Source: an uncultured delta proteobacterium (GTDB lineage: Bacteria > Desulfobacterota > Syntrophobacteria > BM002). From it: a stretch of DNA of 64,000 nucleotides. The notes under the pieces are model-generated. The model was not told the DNA's origin and did not search any database. It saw nothing but the letters and a program-made list of their open reading frames with translations. Positions 46,914-56,831 of this stretch are shown piece by piece. The stretch's first letter is position 1. Every line of letters starts with the position of its first letter. A program made the translations under genes and the position numbers. The stretch is taken from positions 1 through 64,000 of the forward strand of contig CAVQGX010000046.1 in the NCBI GenBank assembly GCA_963712115.1, written 5' to 3'.

Positions 46914-48568
46914 GGCCACACCGTTGGATAAGACCAAGCTGCGTTATTGTTATTATTGCCTTGATTTTCTGGGCTTCCTATGTGTCCGCTGCTGCCCGCA
47001 CCAGGATTGCCGTGGTCGATCTCGAGTCGCAAGGACAAAAGGCTAAATCTGAAGAACTAGGCAAGATTGCAGCCCAATGGCTCGCCACCGCTTTCGTCAA
47101 CCAGGGCCGTTTCGACGTCATTGAGCGGCAAGCTTTAGAGGAGCTGATCGAAGAGCAGCAATTGGGCTCGAGCGGGGTCATTGATGTAAATACAGCAGCC
47201 CAGTTGGGGAGAGTGCTCGGGGCCACATACATAGTAACCGGTGCTGTTATAAGCCACAAACAAGGTATAGATTTAAATGTCAAGATCATTGAGACAGAAA
47301 GTGCCACAATCAAAGTTGCTGATCGACTGGCAGCTAACAGCGTTGGCACCATGTCCAACAAGATCGGACCTTTTGTGGCTCAATTGGTCAGCAAGTTCCC
47401 CTTGCGGGGATTTATCATCCATCAAAAGGGCGAGACTTTTATCCTCGATGTGGGAAAATCTGTCGGGGCAAAAGCTGCTATGAAGTTTGAAGTTTACCGG
47501 GAAGGCGAGATCATAAAACACCCCGTTTCCGGTGAGATTTTGGGCGTTGAAAAGATTCCTACAGGCAAACTAGAGGTGACTGAGGTTCAGGAGAAACTGG
47601 CCTTTGCCAGGGTGATCGAACAAAAAACCAACGAGACCGTGGCGGTTGGCCAAAATGTGGTTTCCCTAGGAGCAATTAAACCAGGACCTGGCACCACCCT
47701 TATCGGTGTTTCGTCTTTGGCAGGCACAAGCACCAGCCTCCGTTTTGCCCAAAGCTGGGGCAGGCAGGGCGTAGGCTCAGGAGATTTTTTAAAACCCTTT
47801 GGAATAGCTGCCGATGGCTTGGGCAACATTTATGTGGCAGACACCTACAACAACCGGGTTCAAGTATTCGACAACTCCGGGACCTTCATGAAAGCTTGGG
47901 GGCAAAAGGGAACCGGTTCCGGCAGTATGGCCCTCCCTTATGATGTGGCTGTCGACAGTGAGGGGAGTGTTTACCTAGCCGACACCTATAACTTTCGAGT
48001 CCAAAAATTCGATGCCAACGGTGTTTACCTTGGCCGGTGGGGCCAAAAGGGTAAGGGAAACGGCGATTTTGCCTTTTTGAGCGGGATTGCTGTGGGTCCG
48101 GATGGCGCCATTTACACTGTGGATGCTAAATTAAACCGGGTTCAAATTTTTGACAACCAGGGCAGGTTTTTGCGCTCTTGGGGCAGCAAGGGCAAAGGCA
48201 GCGGTTCTTTTGTTACCCCAATGGGAATTACCGTGGACGGAAACGGCAATGTTTACGTGGCTGATTCTAAAATGCGAAGAGTCCAGAAGTTTGACCCTCA
48301 AGGACGCTTTCTTGCCGCTTTCACTGACAGGCTGACGTATCCAGTAGATGTTGCCATTGACCCATCCTCTGGAAATTTGTTGATATTGGATGCCGCCAGC
48401 CATCTGATCTGGGAAATGAGTCCAACAGGACAGAGTCTCAGATCTTACGGAGGCCCAGGGAGGAGTTCCGGACAGTTCGTCGAACCTTATGGATTCTGTG
48501 CTGATGCAGCCAGCAACGTCTTTGTGGCGGACACGGGCAACTCACGGGTGCAGAAGTTTTCCCATTAA
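46910..48568 (+). CDS. Exported CsgG/FlgO-like + FlgT-C-like + NHL-repeat beta-propeller protein
   Basis: IAVVD, GRFDVIER..L..EQ.L..SG..D..TA.QLG..LGA; multiple P.GIA.D..G..YVADT.N.RVQ.F repeats. Confidence 0.82.
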   Translation: MRPHRWIRPSCVIVIIALIFWASYVSAAARTRIAVVDLESQGQKAKSEELGKIAAQWLATAFVNQGRFDVIERQALEELIEEQQLGSSGVIDVNTAAQLGRVLGATYIVTGAVISHKQGIDLNVKIIETESATIKVADRLAANSVGTMSNKIGPFVAQLVSKFPLRGFIIHQKGETFILDVGKSVGAKAAMKFEVYREGEIIKHPVSGEILGVEKIPTGKLEVTEVQEKLAFARVIEQKTNETVAVGQNVVSLGAIKPGPGTTLIGVSSLAGTSTSLRFAQSWGRQGVGSGDFLKPFGIAADGLGNIYVADTYNNRVQVFDNSGTFMKAWGQKGTGSGSMALPYDVAVDSEGSVYLADTYNFRVQKFDANGVYLGRWGQKGKGNGDFAFLSGIAVGPDGAIYTVDAKLNRVQIFDNQGRFLRSWGSKGKGSGSFVTPMGITVDGNGNVYVADSKMRRVQKFDPQGRFLAAFTDRLTYPVDVAIDPSSGNLLILDAASHLIWEMSPTGQSLRSYGGPGRSSGQFVEPYGFCADAASNVFVADTGNSRVQKFSH

Positions 48569-48852
48569 GGTTGAAGTTACCTGGGTGTATTGCAACAAAT
48601 ATGAGTCAAATTACTGATCGAGCAGGCATCAAATGGCCTGCTCTTTTTTTGCCAATAGCAGAATTAAAGCACATAGCCATGTACAAAGAAACAAATTTAC
48701 CACTGAAGCGATGGAGTAATGGAGTGTTGGAGTATTGGAAAAAATGAGATATGTATGAATCTCAGTATCCCAAGGGGATCCTAATTGAGCCCTATATATT
48801 TCAGTTGGGCTTTATATCTTGAAACACCCAATACGGCTCTAGAATTTCGCTT

Positions 48853-51405
48853 ATGTCTCACTCCTTCTTCTCCCTCTTAGCGGACCGCATTGTCCGATCT
48901 CATAGGCTGATTCTGCTAATCGCCTCAGTTATCACTATTTTATCCATCCTCCTCATTACTCAACTCCGAATGGACTCCAGCTTAGACTCTCTCATGCCTT
49001 CCGGGGATAGCCAGGCCAGAAAATTGCTGGCAGATCTAATGGGCGCCGGACCTCAGGACGTGCTCGTAGTGGTTGTGAGTGTGGTTGAACCTGGAGGATT
49101 GGAAAGCGCCAAGCAAATCGTTGACGGTTTCGTTGAAGAAATGGCATCTTTTCCCAGCATAGACCACTTGGAAGCCAAGGTCACCACTCAGCAAAAGAAG
49201 TTCTTTTCCGAAATCTTACTGCCCCATGCTGGCCTCTTCCTGTCAGAGAAGGAACGGTTTGATTTACTCGAGCGGTTGAGCGACTCTTCCATTTCCCGCC
49301 AAATAAAAGAGAACAAGCGGTTTTTACTTATGCCGATGCAGAGTGGTGTTACCGACCTGATTCTTAAGGATCCTCTGGGCCTGCGATATTTATGGCTTTC
49401 CCGCTGGTTTGCCCAGCAGTCATTTGCCGGCCTTGAACTGGAGGATGGCTACCTGGTGGATAAGAGCCGGAGTCATCTTCTGGTCTTCATCAGACCGAAA
49501 GAGTCGGCTCGAAACATTACCTATACCAAGAAACTAATGGCAGCAGCCTCAGCGGCAGGGGAAGCCGCCATCAGCAGTTGGCGTAAATCTCACCCCGCGG
49601 CTGCCGTCACACCAAAAATCACCTTTGCTGGTGGATATGCTATTGCCCAGGAGGATGAAGCCCTAACCCGCAGAGATCTGCAAAGCAGCCTGCTGATTTC
49701 ATTTCTCGGGGTTAACATTTTGTTTTTTCTGGTTTTCCGGAAATTGCGCTTCCTCTTTTTAATGCTCTTGCCACTGGCCATGGCTCTTATCTGGACCTTC
49801 GGCCTTTTGCAGCTTATCTTCGGTCACGTCAACATACTTACCGGTGCTTTTGCCGCCGTGTTGCTTGGGCTTGGTATCGACTTTGCCATACACCTTCTCA
49901 ATCTGTACGTAACTGCCAGTCAGAGTCAGGACCAGGCGAGGGCCCTGCATCTCGCATTGACCCAAAGTGGCCGAGCCATCCTCATGGGGGGACTGACTAC
50001 GGCACTAGCCTTTTTCGCTCTCGGTATTTCCTCTTTCAGAGGGTTCCAGGAACTGGGCATTATCACCGGGATCGGCATCATTGCCTGCCTAACTGCCATG
50101 CTGGTGGTTTTGCCCGCCCTCCTCGTTTGGCAGCAGGGTAGTGCGGTTCCCTCGGGTTCTGCCAAGCCCATTCCCAACTTCGGGCTCAATTATCTCATAC
50201 GGCCTGTGGTGAAGCACCCGCGCCGGGTCTTATGGCTCAGCCTGGTCTTACTGGCAGCTTTAGGTATTGCAGCCTTGGATATTTCCTTTGAGGACGATCT
50301 ACGATCCTTACGACCTCAAAAGGCTGGTCGGATGGCCGTGGAAAAAGAGGTAGAGTCCATTCTGGGGGGGGCGAGCGGCTATGTACTCTTGGTAATGGAA
50401 GGCAAGGATGAAGAAACACTGCTAAATCAAGCCTGGCGGCTTGATAAGGCTTTGGCCAGCCTTCAAGATGCAGACCGGTTGTCGCATTATCGCAGCATCC
50501 TCGCCTACTACCCAGCGCCTGAAAGTCAGCGGTTGGCCCTGGATTTTTATCAGCGTTATGCTAATGAACTTAACCCCGACCGCATCGAGGCCACATTCAA
50601 AAAAGCTTTGCAGGAGAACGGTTTTCAATTCCTCCCCGAATACACCTCATACCTGAACTGGCTGAGGACGCTGGTAAGTCCAAAAGGCAGGGTGGATCGA
50701 CAGACTTTTAAGAAAGCGAATCTCGAGCAATTGCTTGATCTTTTTCTGGTGGGCCAAGGTCCAACCCGAAAACTGTTTACTTTTGTCTTCCCCCGGGAAG
50801 GTTTATGGGACAAAGACGATCTGACTAGCTTAAGCGCGGATCTTAGAAAGACTGCTCTAGAAAGCGGCCTCAATGGCAGCGAATGGCGGCTTGCAGGCTG
50901 GCCCATCTTGACGGATCATCTCAAAGGTTTGGTGTGGCGGGATCTTGCCGACTCTCTAGTTATTGCGGGGGTGGCTATTGCTGTGGCCTTACTCTTGGCT
51001 TTGCGACACCCTTTTTCCGCGGCGCTGGCTGCTATTCCCCTGGTAGGCGGCATAGTGGCCATGTTGGGGGTAATGGCCTTGTTGTCAATAAAGTTCAACT
51101 ACGCCAATTTCATTGTTCTGCCGCTGATTGTGGGAATAGGCATAGATGATGGCATCCACATTGTTCACCGCTGGCGCCAGGAGTCCAAAGAGAATCTCAC
51201 TAAGGTTCTCAATCAAATTGGCCGAGCCATTGTGCTCACCTCTCTGACCACAACTATCGGATTCGGTTCTCTAATCAGTTCTCACTATCCTGGTCTGCGC
51301 AGCATCGGCTGGGTTACCGCTTTGGGCATTCTGACCTGTCTTCTCGCGGCCCTTATCCTGTTGCCTGCGGTCTTATCCTGGATTGAGGCAAAGTCATATC
51401 ACTAA
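48853..51405 (+). CDS. MMPL/RND lipid exporter (HpnN-like)
   Basis: Two TM bundles with GLGIDFAIH and GIGIDDGIH, LTT..AF/LTTTIGFG. Confidence 0.9.
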   Translation: MSHSFFSLLADRIVRSHRLILLIASVITILSILLITQLRMDSSLDSLMPSGDSQARKLLADLMGAGPQDVLVVVVSVVEPGGLESAKQIVDGFVEEMASFPSIDHLEAKVTTQQKKFFSEILLPHAGLFLSEKERFDLLERLSDSSISRQIKENKRFLLMPMQSGVTDLILKDPLGLRYLWLSRWFAQQSFAGLELEDGYLVDKSRSHLLVFIRPKESARNITYTKKLMAAASAAGEAAISSWRKSHPAAAVTPKITFAGGYAIAQEDEALTRRDLQSSLLISFLGVNILFFLVFRKLRFLFLMLLPLAMALIWTFGLLQLIFGHVNILTGAFAAVLLGLGIDFAIHLLNLYVTASQSQDQARALHLALTQSGRAILMGGLTTALAFFALGISSFRGFQELGIITGIGIIACLTAMLVVLPALLVWQQGSAVPSGSAKPIPNFGLNYLIRPVVKHPRRVLWLSLVLLAALGIAALDISFEDDLRSLRPQKAGRMAVEKEVESILGGASGYVLLVMEGKDEETLLNQAWRLDKALASLQDADRLSHYRSILAYYPAPESQRLALDFYQRYANELNPDRIEATFKKALQENGFQFLPEYTSYLNWLRTLVSPKGRVDRQTFKKANLEQLLDLFLVGQGPTRKLFTFVFPREGLWDKDDLTSLSADLRKTALESGLNGSEWRLAGWPILTDHLKGLVWRDLADSLVIAGVAIAVALLLALRHPFSAALAAIPLVGGIVAMLGVMALLSIKFNYANFIVLPLIVGIGIDDGIHIVHRWRQESKENLTKVLNQIGRAIVLTSLTTTIGFGSLISSHYPGLRSIGWVTALGILTCLLAALILLPAVLSWIEAKSYH

Positions 51406-51560
51406 GTCAAGTTTTGGACATTTGGATTTCGATCATTTGAATTTGTTTCGGATTTAGATATTCGATATTCGGATTTCATGCGTTATTGTATACAGTACGA
51501 ATAGGGTTTATTTTTGGCAAAAATTGAATGTTTTTGCACCCGAGATGGAAGGACCTGGTC

Positions 51561-52535
51561 ATGAAAGCCGCTTACCTGGGAATCGATGTAGGCTCTATTA
51601 GTACAAATTTGGTGCTCTTGGATGACAATGGCAGAGTGCTCCACAAGCAATACTTGAGAACCCGCGGCCAGCCTATGAAAGCCATGCAAGCCGGTCTCAT
51701 GGGTTTGGCCCAGAAAATGGATGGCGAGTTAGCTGTCAGCGGTGTGGGCACTACCGGTAGTGGTCGTTATCTGGCCGGCATTTTAATAGGTGCCGATGTG
51801 ATTAAAAACGAGATTACCGCCCATGCCGTGGCAGCTCTTCACTATGAGCCGGAGACTCAGACGATTATCGAAATTGGCGGCCAGGACTCCAAAAGCATAA
51901 TTTTGCGAAACTCCACTGTCATCGATTTTGCCATGAACACAGTCTGTGCCGCAGGCACCGGTTCCTTTCTGGATCAGCAGGCATACCGGTTGGGAATCCC
52001 TATAGAATCCTTTGGAGAACATGCCTTAAAGGCCAAAAAGCCGGTTAAAATTGCCAGTCGTTGTACAGTCTTCGCAGAGTCGGACATGATCCACAAACAA
52101 CAAATGGGACACAGTGTGGAAGACATCATAGCCGGACTTTGCCATGCCCTGGTACGCAATTACTTGAACAATCTGGTCAAGAGCCAGGAACTCCGTCGCC
52201 CCATCCTCTTCCAGGGGGGTGTGGCTGCCAATGTGGGCATGCGGTCTGCCTTTGAGCAAGTTCTGGGGAAAGAATTACTCGTGCCCCCGGATTTCGAGGT
52301 CATGGGGGCCATCGGTGCCGCTCTCTTAGCTAAGGAAGCGATGACCTCAATGGAGAAAACCCGCTTCCGTGGATTTGAAGTTGGGGGGATGCCTTACGAA
52401 CTGAGCGGTTTTGAATGTGAGGGGTGCTCCAATGGCTGTGAGGTAATGGAGGTCAAGATTCCTCTGGCCCAAAACCAGGAACGCTTGGTGCGCTGGGGGG
52501 ATCGATGCGGCAAATGGGAAACTGGTGATCTATAG
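51561..52535 (+). CDS. Acyl-CoA dehydratase/reductase activase (BadF/BadG/BcrA/BcrD ATPase, PlsA-like)
   Basis: GIDVGSIST, TGSGR, NEITAH, EIGGQDSK, MNTVCAAGTGSFL, RCTVFAESD, QGGVAAN; C-terminal CEGCSNGC..WGDRC. Confidence 0.9.
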   Translation: MKAAYLGIDVGSISTNLVLLDDNGRVLHKQYLRTRGQPMKAMQAGLMGLAQKMDGELAVSGVGTTGSGRYLAGILIGADVIKNEITAHAVAALHYEPETQTIIEIGGQDSKSIILRNSTVIDFAMNTVCAAGTGSFLDQQAYRLGIPIESFGEHALKAKKPVKIASRCTVFAESDMIHKQQMGHSVEDIIAGLCHALVRNYLNNLVKSQELRRPILFQGGVAANVGMRSAFEQVLGKELLVPPDFEVMGAIGAALLAKEAMTSMEKTRFRGFEVGGMPYELSGFECEGCSNGCEVMEVKIPLAQNQERLVRWGDRCGKWETGDL

Positions 52536-54755
52536 AGGGAAAGAGGTTTTTTTACGGTTTATGAGATCTACAAAGGCCTCCAACCGGGTTTGTACCCCAC
52601 CCGCCGAAGTGTGCTCGTCGAAGATCAGAGTGAGCACCGGGATATTGTAGTCAGTAGAAACCTTAGCCAAGATCGTCTGAGCTACTAGCTCGGGCATGCA
52701 GGTAAAGGGCATGAGGTGAACGATACCGTCAAATCCCCTTTTGGCAAAAGCCACGGATTTTCCCACCGATTTTACGCTTTCACCTCCGGTAGGTTCACAC
52801 AGGTATGGTCTGGCCTGCCGGAGGGACCACTGGAACTGGTTCCGCCGAAAAAGCTTAAACCGATAACGGTCATTTAGCCAGTCACTGAGCCAAACGCCAC
52901 GGTGCACCTCAACTCCCATCTCGCCCAGCCTTTCCTCCACGTTCATATTGGCGTAATGTTCCAGTACCATAAAAATCTCACCTACAATTCCTACTCTGAG
53001 AATCTGGCGACTGCGGTCGTGGGCCACTGTGCTCAGTATCTGCCGCACCTTCCTTTTAGCCGACCACAGGTCACGGAATCGACCTGTTTCATCTATGATT
53101 TTAAGGCAGCGACGCAGGGCCCGGTCAGTGGCACGTCTCTCAACCTCCCTTGGCCGCAACCAGTGGGAACGACGTAAAGCCCAGTCCACCAGGGCGAGAC
53201 GATGAAGAATGAAGAAAAAGACTTTGTAGGAATCCCACTTGGTATTGAGCCCGGCGATCCTCTTGACCATGTCCAACATGTCACGAAGACTGTCCGGATC
53301 ATCCGCACGCCCCATCCGGAACTCGTAACCCAGATCTCTTAGGATCTGCTCCTGGATGACACTGTAGTAGCCGAAACGACAGGGGCCAAAGCCGCCAGGC
53401 ATCATAATATCGGTAGCGCCTTGATTGAGCGCCTGGATCATATTACCCAGATTCAGTTTAAACGGCAGGCAGGCACATTCAGGTGAATAGCGCGTACCCA
53501 GCATCAAGGCTTCTTTATTGGGACGGGGTGGCATGGTTATGTGGACGCCTAGATTTCTGAACACCTGTTCGAAACCCAGGTGGAGATGCCCCATGTGCGG
53601 AATAGTGAGATGCATTTTCTCGGATTTAGGTTTTTTTACAGACCCACCAGTACTATGCACCCCTTGTCTCTTACTCCATTCTCTCGACCGCAAGTTTCCA
53701 TTCTTTTTCCTCTGCTCCACCATGTCCAGAAATGCCTCTACTCGGGTATTTAACCCACCGTCGGCGGTGTGCTCATCCATGACCAGGCTGAGAATGGGCT
53801 TGTTCGAGTGTTTGGTGACGTAATACTCCACCAGAGCGTTGGTGAATGAATCTTGGCCGCAGCCAAAGCTGGAAACATTGATAATGCCATCGACCTCTGG
53901 ATCTTTCATGTAGTGCAAAGCGGCGGCCACCAGCTCCCTTCCCAATTGCCAGTAGACTTTCTTCGATAGTCTTTCACTCTCTTTTTCTATGATTGTCTTG
54001 GGCACGGACTCCGGGGTAACAATCTCAACAGCATGCCGTTCTAGCAAATTTAACAGGTCATGACTGAGGGCGCTATCAAAGGAGATGTAAGGCCGGCCAA
54101 TTACTGCTACTCGGTATCGAGGCGGAATTTCGGAATTACCGTTTTTCTGAGAAAAGGCTCTATCCCACGGTTTCAAAGCCTCATCCAGGGGATATCTCAG
54201 CAGCCTTTGTTCGAATTTCCCTTGAGCTTTCCAGGCAGCCTCCCAGGCAAGCTTCACCTGTGATGTGCTGCTGTTAAAATGGCGCCCCAAGTCGAAACAC
54301 GCCTCGGCAAATCCTTCCGGCTTGGGAAGTTTGGCATTTACCCTTGGGGTAAGAAGACCGGGTAGATCGGTAAAAACATTCCTAGCCATATCAGTCAATC
54401 CCAGGATCTTGGGACACATATAAGCATCGGGACTGACGCTGATGATCCTTGGTAGCAGGAGGTAGTCCACCTTATCTTTTAATCTGGAAACATGCTCGAG
54501 AAATACTTTAACGGGAAGGCAAAGATCACTGCGGGTGAGGCCTTGAGCGGTGTCGAAACTGGACCTCTTGGTGGGCTGTGAAACCAGGACATCGATCCCC
54601 AGGTGAGAGAAAAACGTTGCCCACAGGGGTTGGTATCTAAAATAGAGAAGACCGCGTGGAATGCCAACGACAGGTGCCCCAGGAGTAGATTGAACCCGGG
54701 AAGCTGTGTACCCCTCGAAGTCGTGTCCTTCTGGTGAATTCGCTGATAGAGTCAA
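52530..54755 (-). CDS. Fused DUF2229-like + 2-hydroxyacyl-CoA-dehydratase-like reductase (PlsA C-terminal/PlsR/Ger-like)
   Basis: VGIPRGL, CLPVK..H, CPK, SFGCGQD, DEHT..G..TRVEAF; second half CACLPFK, GPCRFGYY, PFTCMPE, DEHT..TRLEAF. Confidence 0.85.
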   Translation of the reverse strand: MTLSANSPEGHDFEGYTASRVQSTPGAPVVGIPRGLLYFRYQPLWATFFSHLGIDVLVSQPTKRSSFDTAQGLTRSDLCLPVKVFLEHVSRLKDKVDYLLLPRIISVSPDAYMCPKILGLTDMARNVFTDLPGLLTPRVNAKLPKPEGFAEACFDLGRHFNSSTSQVKLAWEAAWKAQGKFEQRLLRYPLDEALKPWDRAFSQKNGNSEIPPRYRVAVIGRPYISFDSALSHDLLNLLERHAVEIVTPESVPKTIIEKESERLSKKVYWQLGRELVAAALHYMKDPEVDGIINVSSFGCGQDSFTNALVEYYVTKHSNKPILSLVMDEHTADGGLNTRVEAFLDMVEQRKKNGNLRSREWSKRQGVHSTGGSVKKPKSEKMHLTIPHMGHLHLGFEQVFRNLGVHITMPPRPNKEALMLGTRYSPECACLPFKLNLGNMIQALNQGATDIMMPGGFGPCRFGYYSVIQEQILRDLGYEFRMGRADDPDSLRDMLDMVKRIAGLNTKWDSYKVFFFILHRLALVDWALRRSHWLRPREVERRATDRALRRCLKIIDETGRFRDLWSAKRKVRQILSTVAHDRSRQILRVGIVGEIFMVLEHYANMNVEERLGEMGVEVHRGVWLSDWLNDRYRFKLFRRNQFQWSLRQARPYLCEPTGGESVKSVGKSVAFAKRGFDGIVHLMPFTCMPELVAQTILAKVSTDYNIPVLTLIFDEHTSAGGVQTRLEAFVDLINRKKTSFPL

Positions 54756-54836
54756 CTGCTAGCGCTCCAGGTCTCTCCTCGTATTTAGTACCCAGTCTTT
54801 CGATCCTTTAGTTCTTTGCCGGAAGTGGACAGCTCT

Positions 54837-55214
54837 CTATTGCACATCACCTTCACCTGCCCCCCTCTTAGGTGCGGCCTTTAACTTCCGGTTGATTGAT
54901 ACTGTCCATTTCTTAGTGGACTGGCCGACCCGAATCTCACCATAGTTTCCCTGGTATTTCTGATAATGAACCCAGCCTTTGTTGAGGAGTTCTTCCTCTG
55001 TGTAGTAACCGTCTTTCTTGAGTTCTATCAAAATAGGCCGATCATAGCTCCATTCAAACTCCGCCGGGGTGGATCCTTTCTCGATACCATCCACATAGTA
55101 TTTGGCCCCTGGTGGCTCCGTGTTGAGTCGAATGATACCGTCCTTGCCAACGCAGCCAAAAGAACTCAAGAGTAAAACTAAACCCAGCACTGTAATCAAA
55201 GTGAATCTAGACAT
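54837..55214 (-). CDS. PEGA-domain lipoprotein
   Basis: Lipobox SFGC, TEPPGAKYYVDG..G.TP, KKDGY. Confidence 0.8.
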   Translation of the reverse strand: MSRFTLITVLGLVLLLSSFGCVGKDGIIRLNTEPPGAKYYVDGIEKGSTPAEFEWSYDRPILIELKKDGYYTEEELLNKGWVHYQKYQGNYGEIRVGQSTKKWTVSINRKLKAAPKRGAGEGDVQ

Positions 55215-55294
55215 TTTTACCTCACTCGGTTCTGGTTAGGGCCAGTCAAAATCCATTTTCTTCAAGACCTCTATGCTTGCCTTTTGTTTGGGAG

Positions 55295-56122
55295 TCAGCG
55301 TCGGGCCAGAGTGGTCTTACTCACCCCAGGCAACAGCAGACGATCACGCGTTACTTTTGCCAATTTCTCGCCTAGACTGCCAAACAACCACGCGGCCAGG
55401 TGCGCACTCTTTCTGGTTGGCTTGGTCCAGCCACAGACCGTGGTGCGAATATCTCGAAAGTCCAGTTGATCAAGGATTTTATATATAGTCACTGGTGAAA
55501 AGTCAAACAAATGAGAAGGGGCCTGATATAGTTTCATCCTCTTTGCCCAGGGCCTGAGCATTCTAGCAATAGGGGCGGTGTGCGGCCACCTCAACAACAG
55601 CAAACCACCGGTCCTGAGTAGCCGATGTGCCTCCCTGAGTACATCCCTCGGGTTTTGCAAGTGCTCGATCACATAAAATAGCGTGATGACATCGTAGCAA
55701 TTATCTTGCCAGTCTGGTCGTGGCAGGGGTCTGTCTGATACATTTAACCCTAACTTCTCTCGGGCGTAGCTTAGCCCGGTGGCTGAGATTTCAATTCCCT
55801 CCACCTGCCAGCCCAGCCGAGCCATCTCCTCCAAGAAAAAACCATAGCCACAGCCAATGTCCAGTAGTCGTCCCGGAACGGGGATCACTTGCTGAACTAG
55901 CCTGGCGCTCTTGGCGAAAACCTGGGCCATCAATTTGCGCCAACTTTCAATCCCTTGGAGATCGGCAGGTAGGTAGTCCTGATAATGACTGTGGAGAAAT
56001 CCCTTTGAGGGTTGCGGTTCGAGGAAGATGAGACCGCAGTTGACACAGCGCAGGTATTGCCACTCACCCTCACGAATAAAAGGTCTGGTTTTACTTAGTC
56101 GGCAAAGAAGACAGGAGGTCAC
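55295..56122 (-). CDS. Class I SAM-dependent methyltransferase with N-terminal Zn ribbon
   Basis: CLLC..CVNCG, LLDIGCGYG, YVIEHL, PSHLFDF; GTG start at 56122 after GGAGG. Confidence 0.85.
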   Translation of the reverse strand: MTSCLLCRLSKTRPFIREGEWQYLRCVNCGLIFLEPQPSKGFLHSHYQDYLPADLQGIESWRKLMAQVFAKSARLVQQVIPVPGRLLDIGCGYGFFLEEMARLGWQVEGIEISATGLSYAREKLGLNVSDRPLPRPDWQDNCYDVITLFYVIEHLQNPRDVLREAHRLLRTGGLLLLRWPHTAPIARMLRPWAKRMKLYQAPSHLFDFSPVTIYKILDQLDFRDIRTTVCGWTKPTRKSAHLAAWLFGSLGEKLAKVTRDRLLLPGVSKTTLARR

Positions 56123-56727
56123 AACTGTCCTCCTCTCGGGGCCCCCCCATAAAAGGGGGTAATAGTCCTTCCTCACATTCCCTTTTCAGATTCAGCAAGG
56201 TGACTTCCGTCAGGGTGTTGTGCTTCTTCTCTCCCTGCTTCAGCAGCCACACCAATCGATAAAAGAAATTGGAAATATTATAGACCAGGGTATGACTCAC
56301 TCTGGTGCAGCTTCCTTTGGCTTTGAGCTCCCACACCTCGTAGCCCCCCCGAAAGGGTCCACTGTGGAACTGCAGTACCAAAAAACGATCCTTTTGTATT
56401 TGCACCACCTGAGAATCCCAGATGAGCTTTATCTTATAGATGGTTTCGGCTCGAATGGCGGTGCCAACTTGGTAAGGACCGGGGGTCACCTTTCTAAGTT
56501 GAACTCGATCAGAGGGTATCAAAGTCACGAACCGATCAAAATCGGTAAGAACATCGAACACGCGAGAAGGTGGAGCCTGTATAAAAGTGTGGTGTTCATT
56601 TACCTGTCCCTGATAGTTGAGAAACTCAAGTCTCTGCAGGAACAGGTGGAGGGGTAGCACAGCCATGCAAGGCCAAAACCACTAAAGCTATGACGAATAT
56701 TGATCGCGAACCGCCCAGTGAACACAT
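56091..56727 (-). pseudogene. SRPBCC/START-fold lipoprotein, frameshifted near 56630
   Basis: IQAPPSRVFDVLTD..GPFRG..W in ORF 56091-56666; out-of-frame leader MCSLGGSRSIFVIALVVLALHGC from ATG 56727. Confidence 0.65.
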
Positions 56728-56831
56728 GCAAGATTACGAACTCAGTTGAAGTTTGAAAGATTGCACATTTGAGATTTAAGATTGTAGATTTTTGATTTGA
56801 GTATAGGATTTGGAACTATCAATCTGCAATC

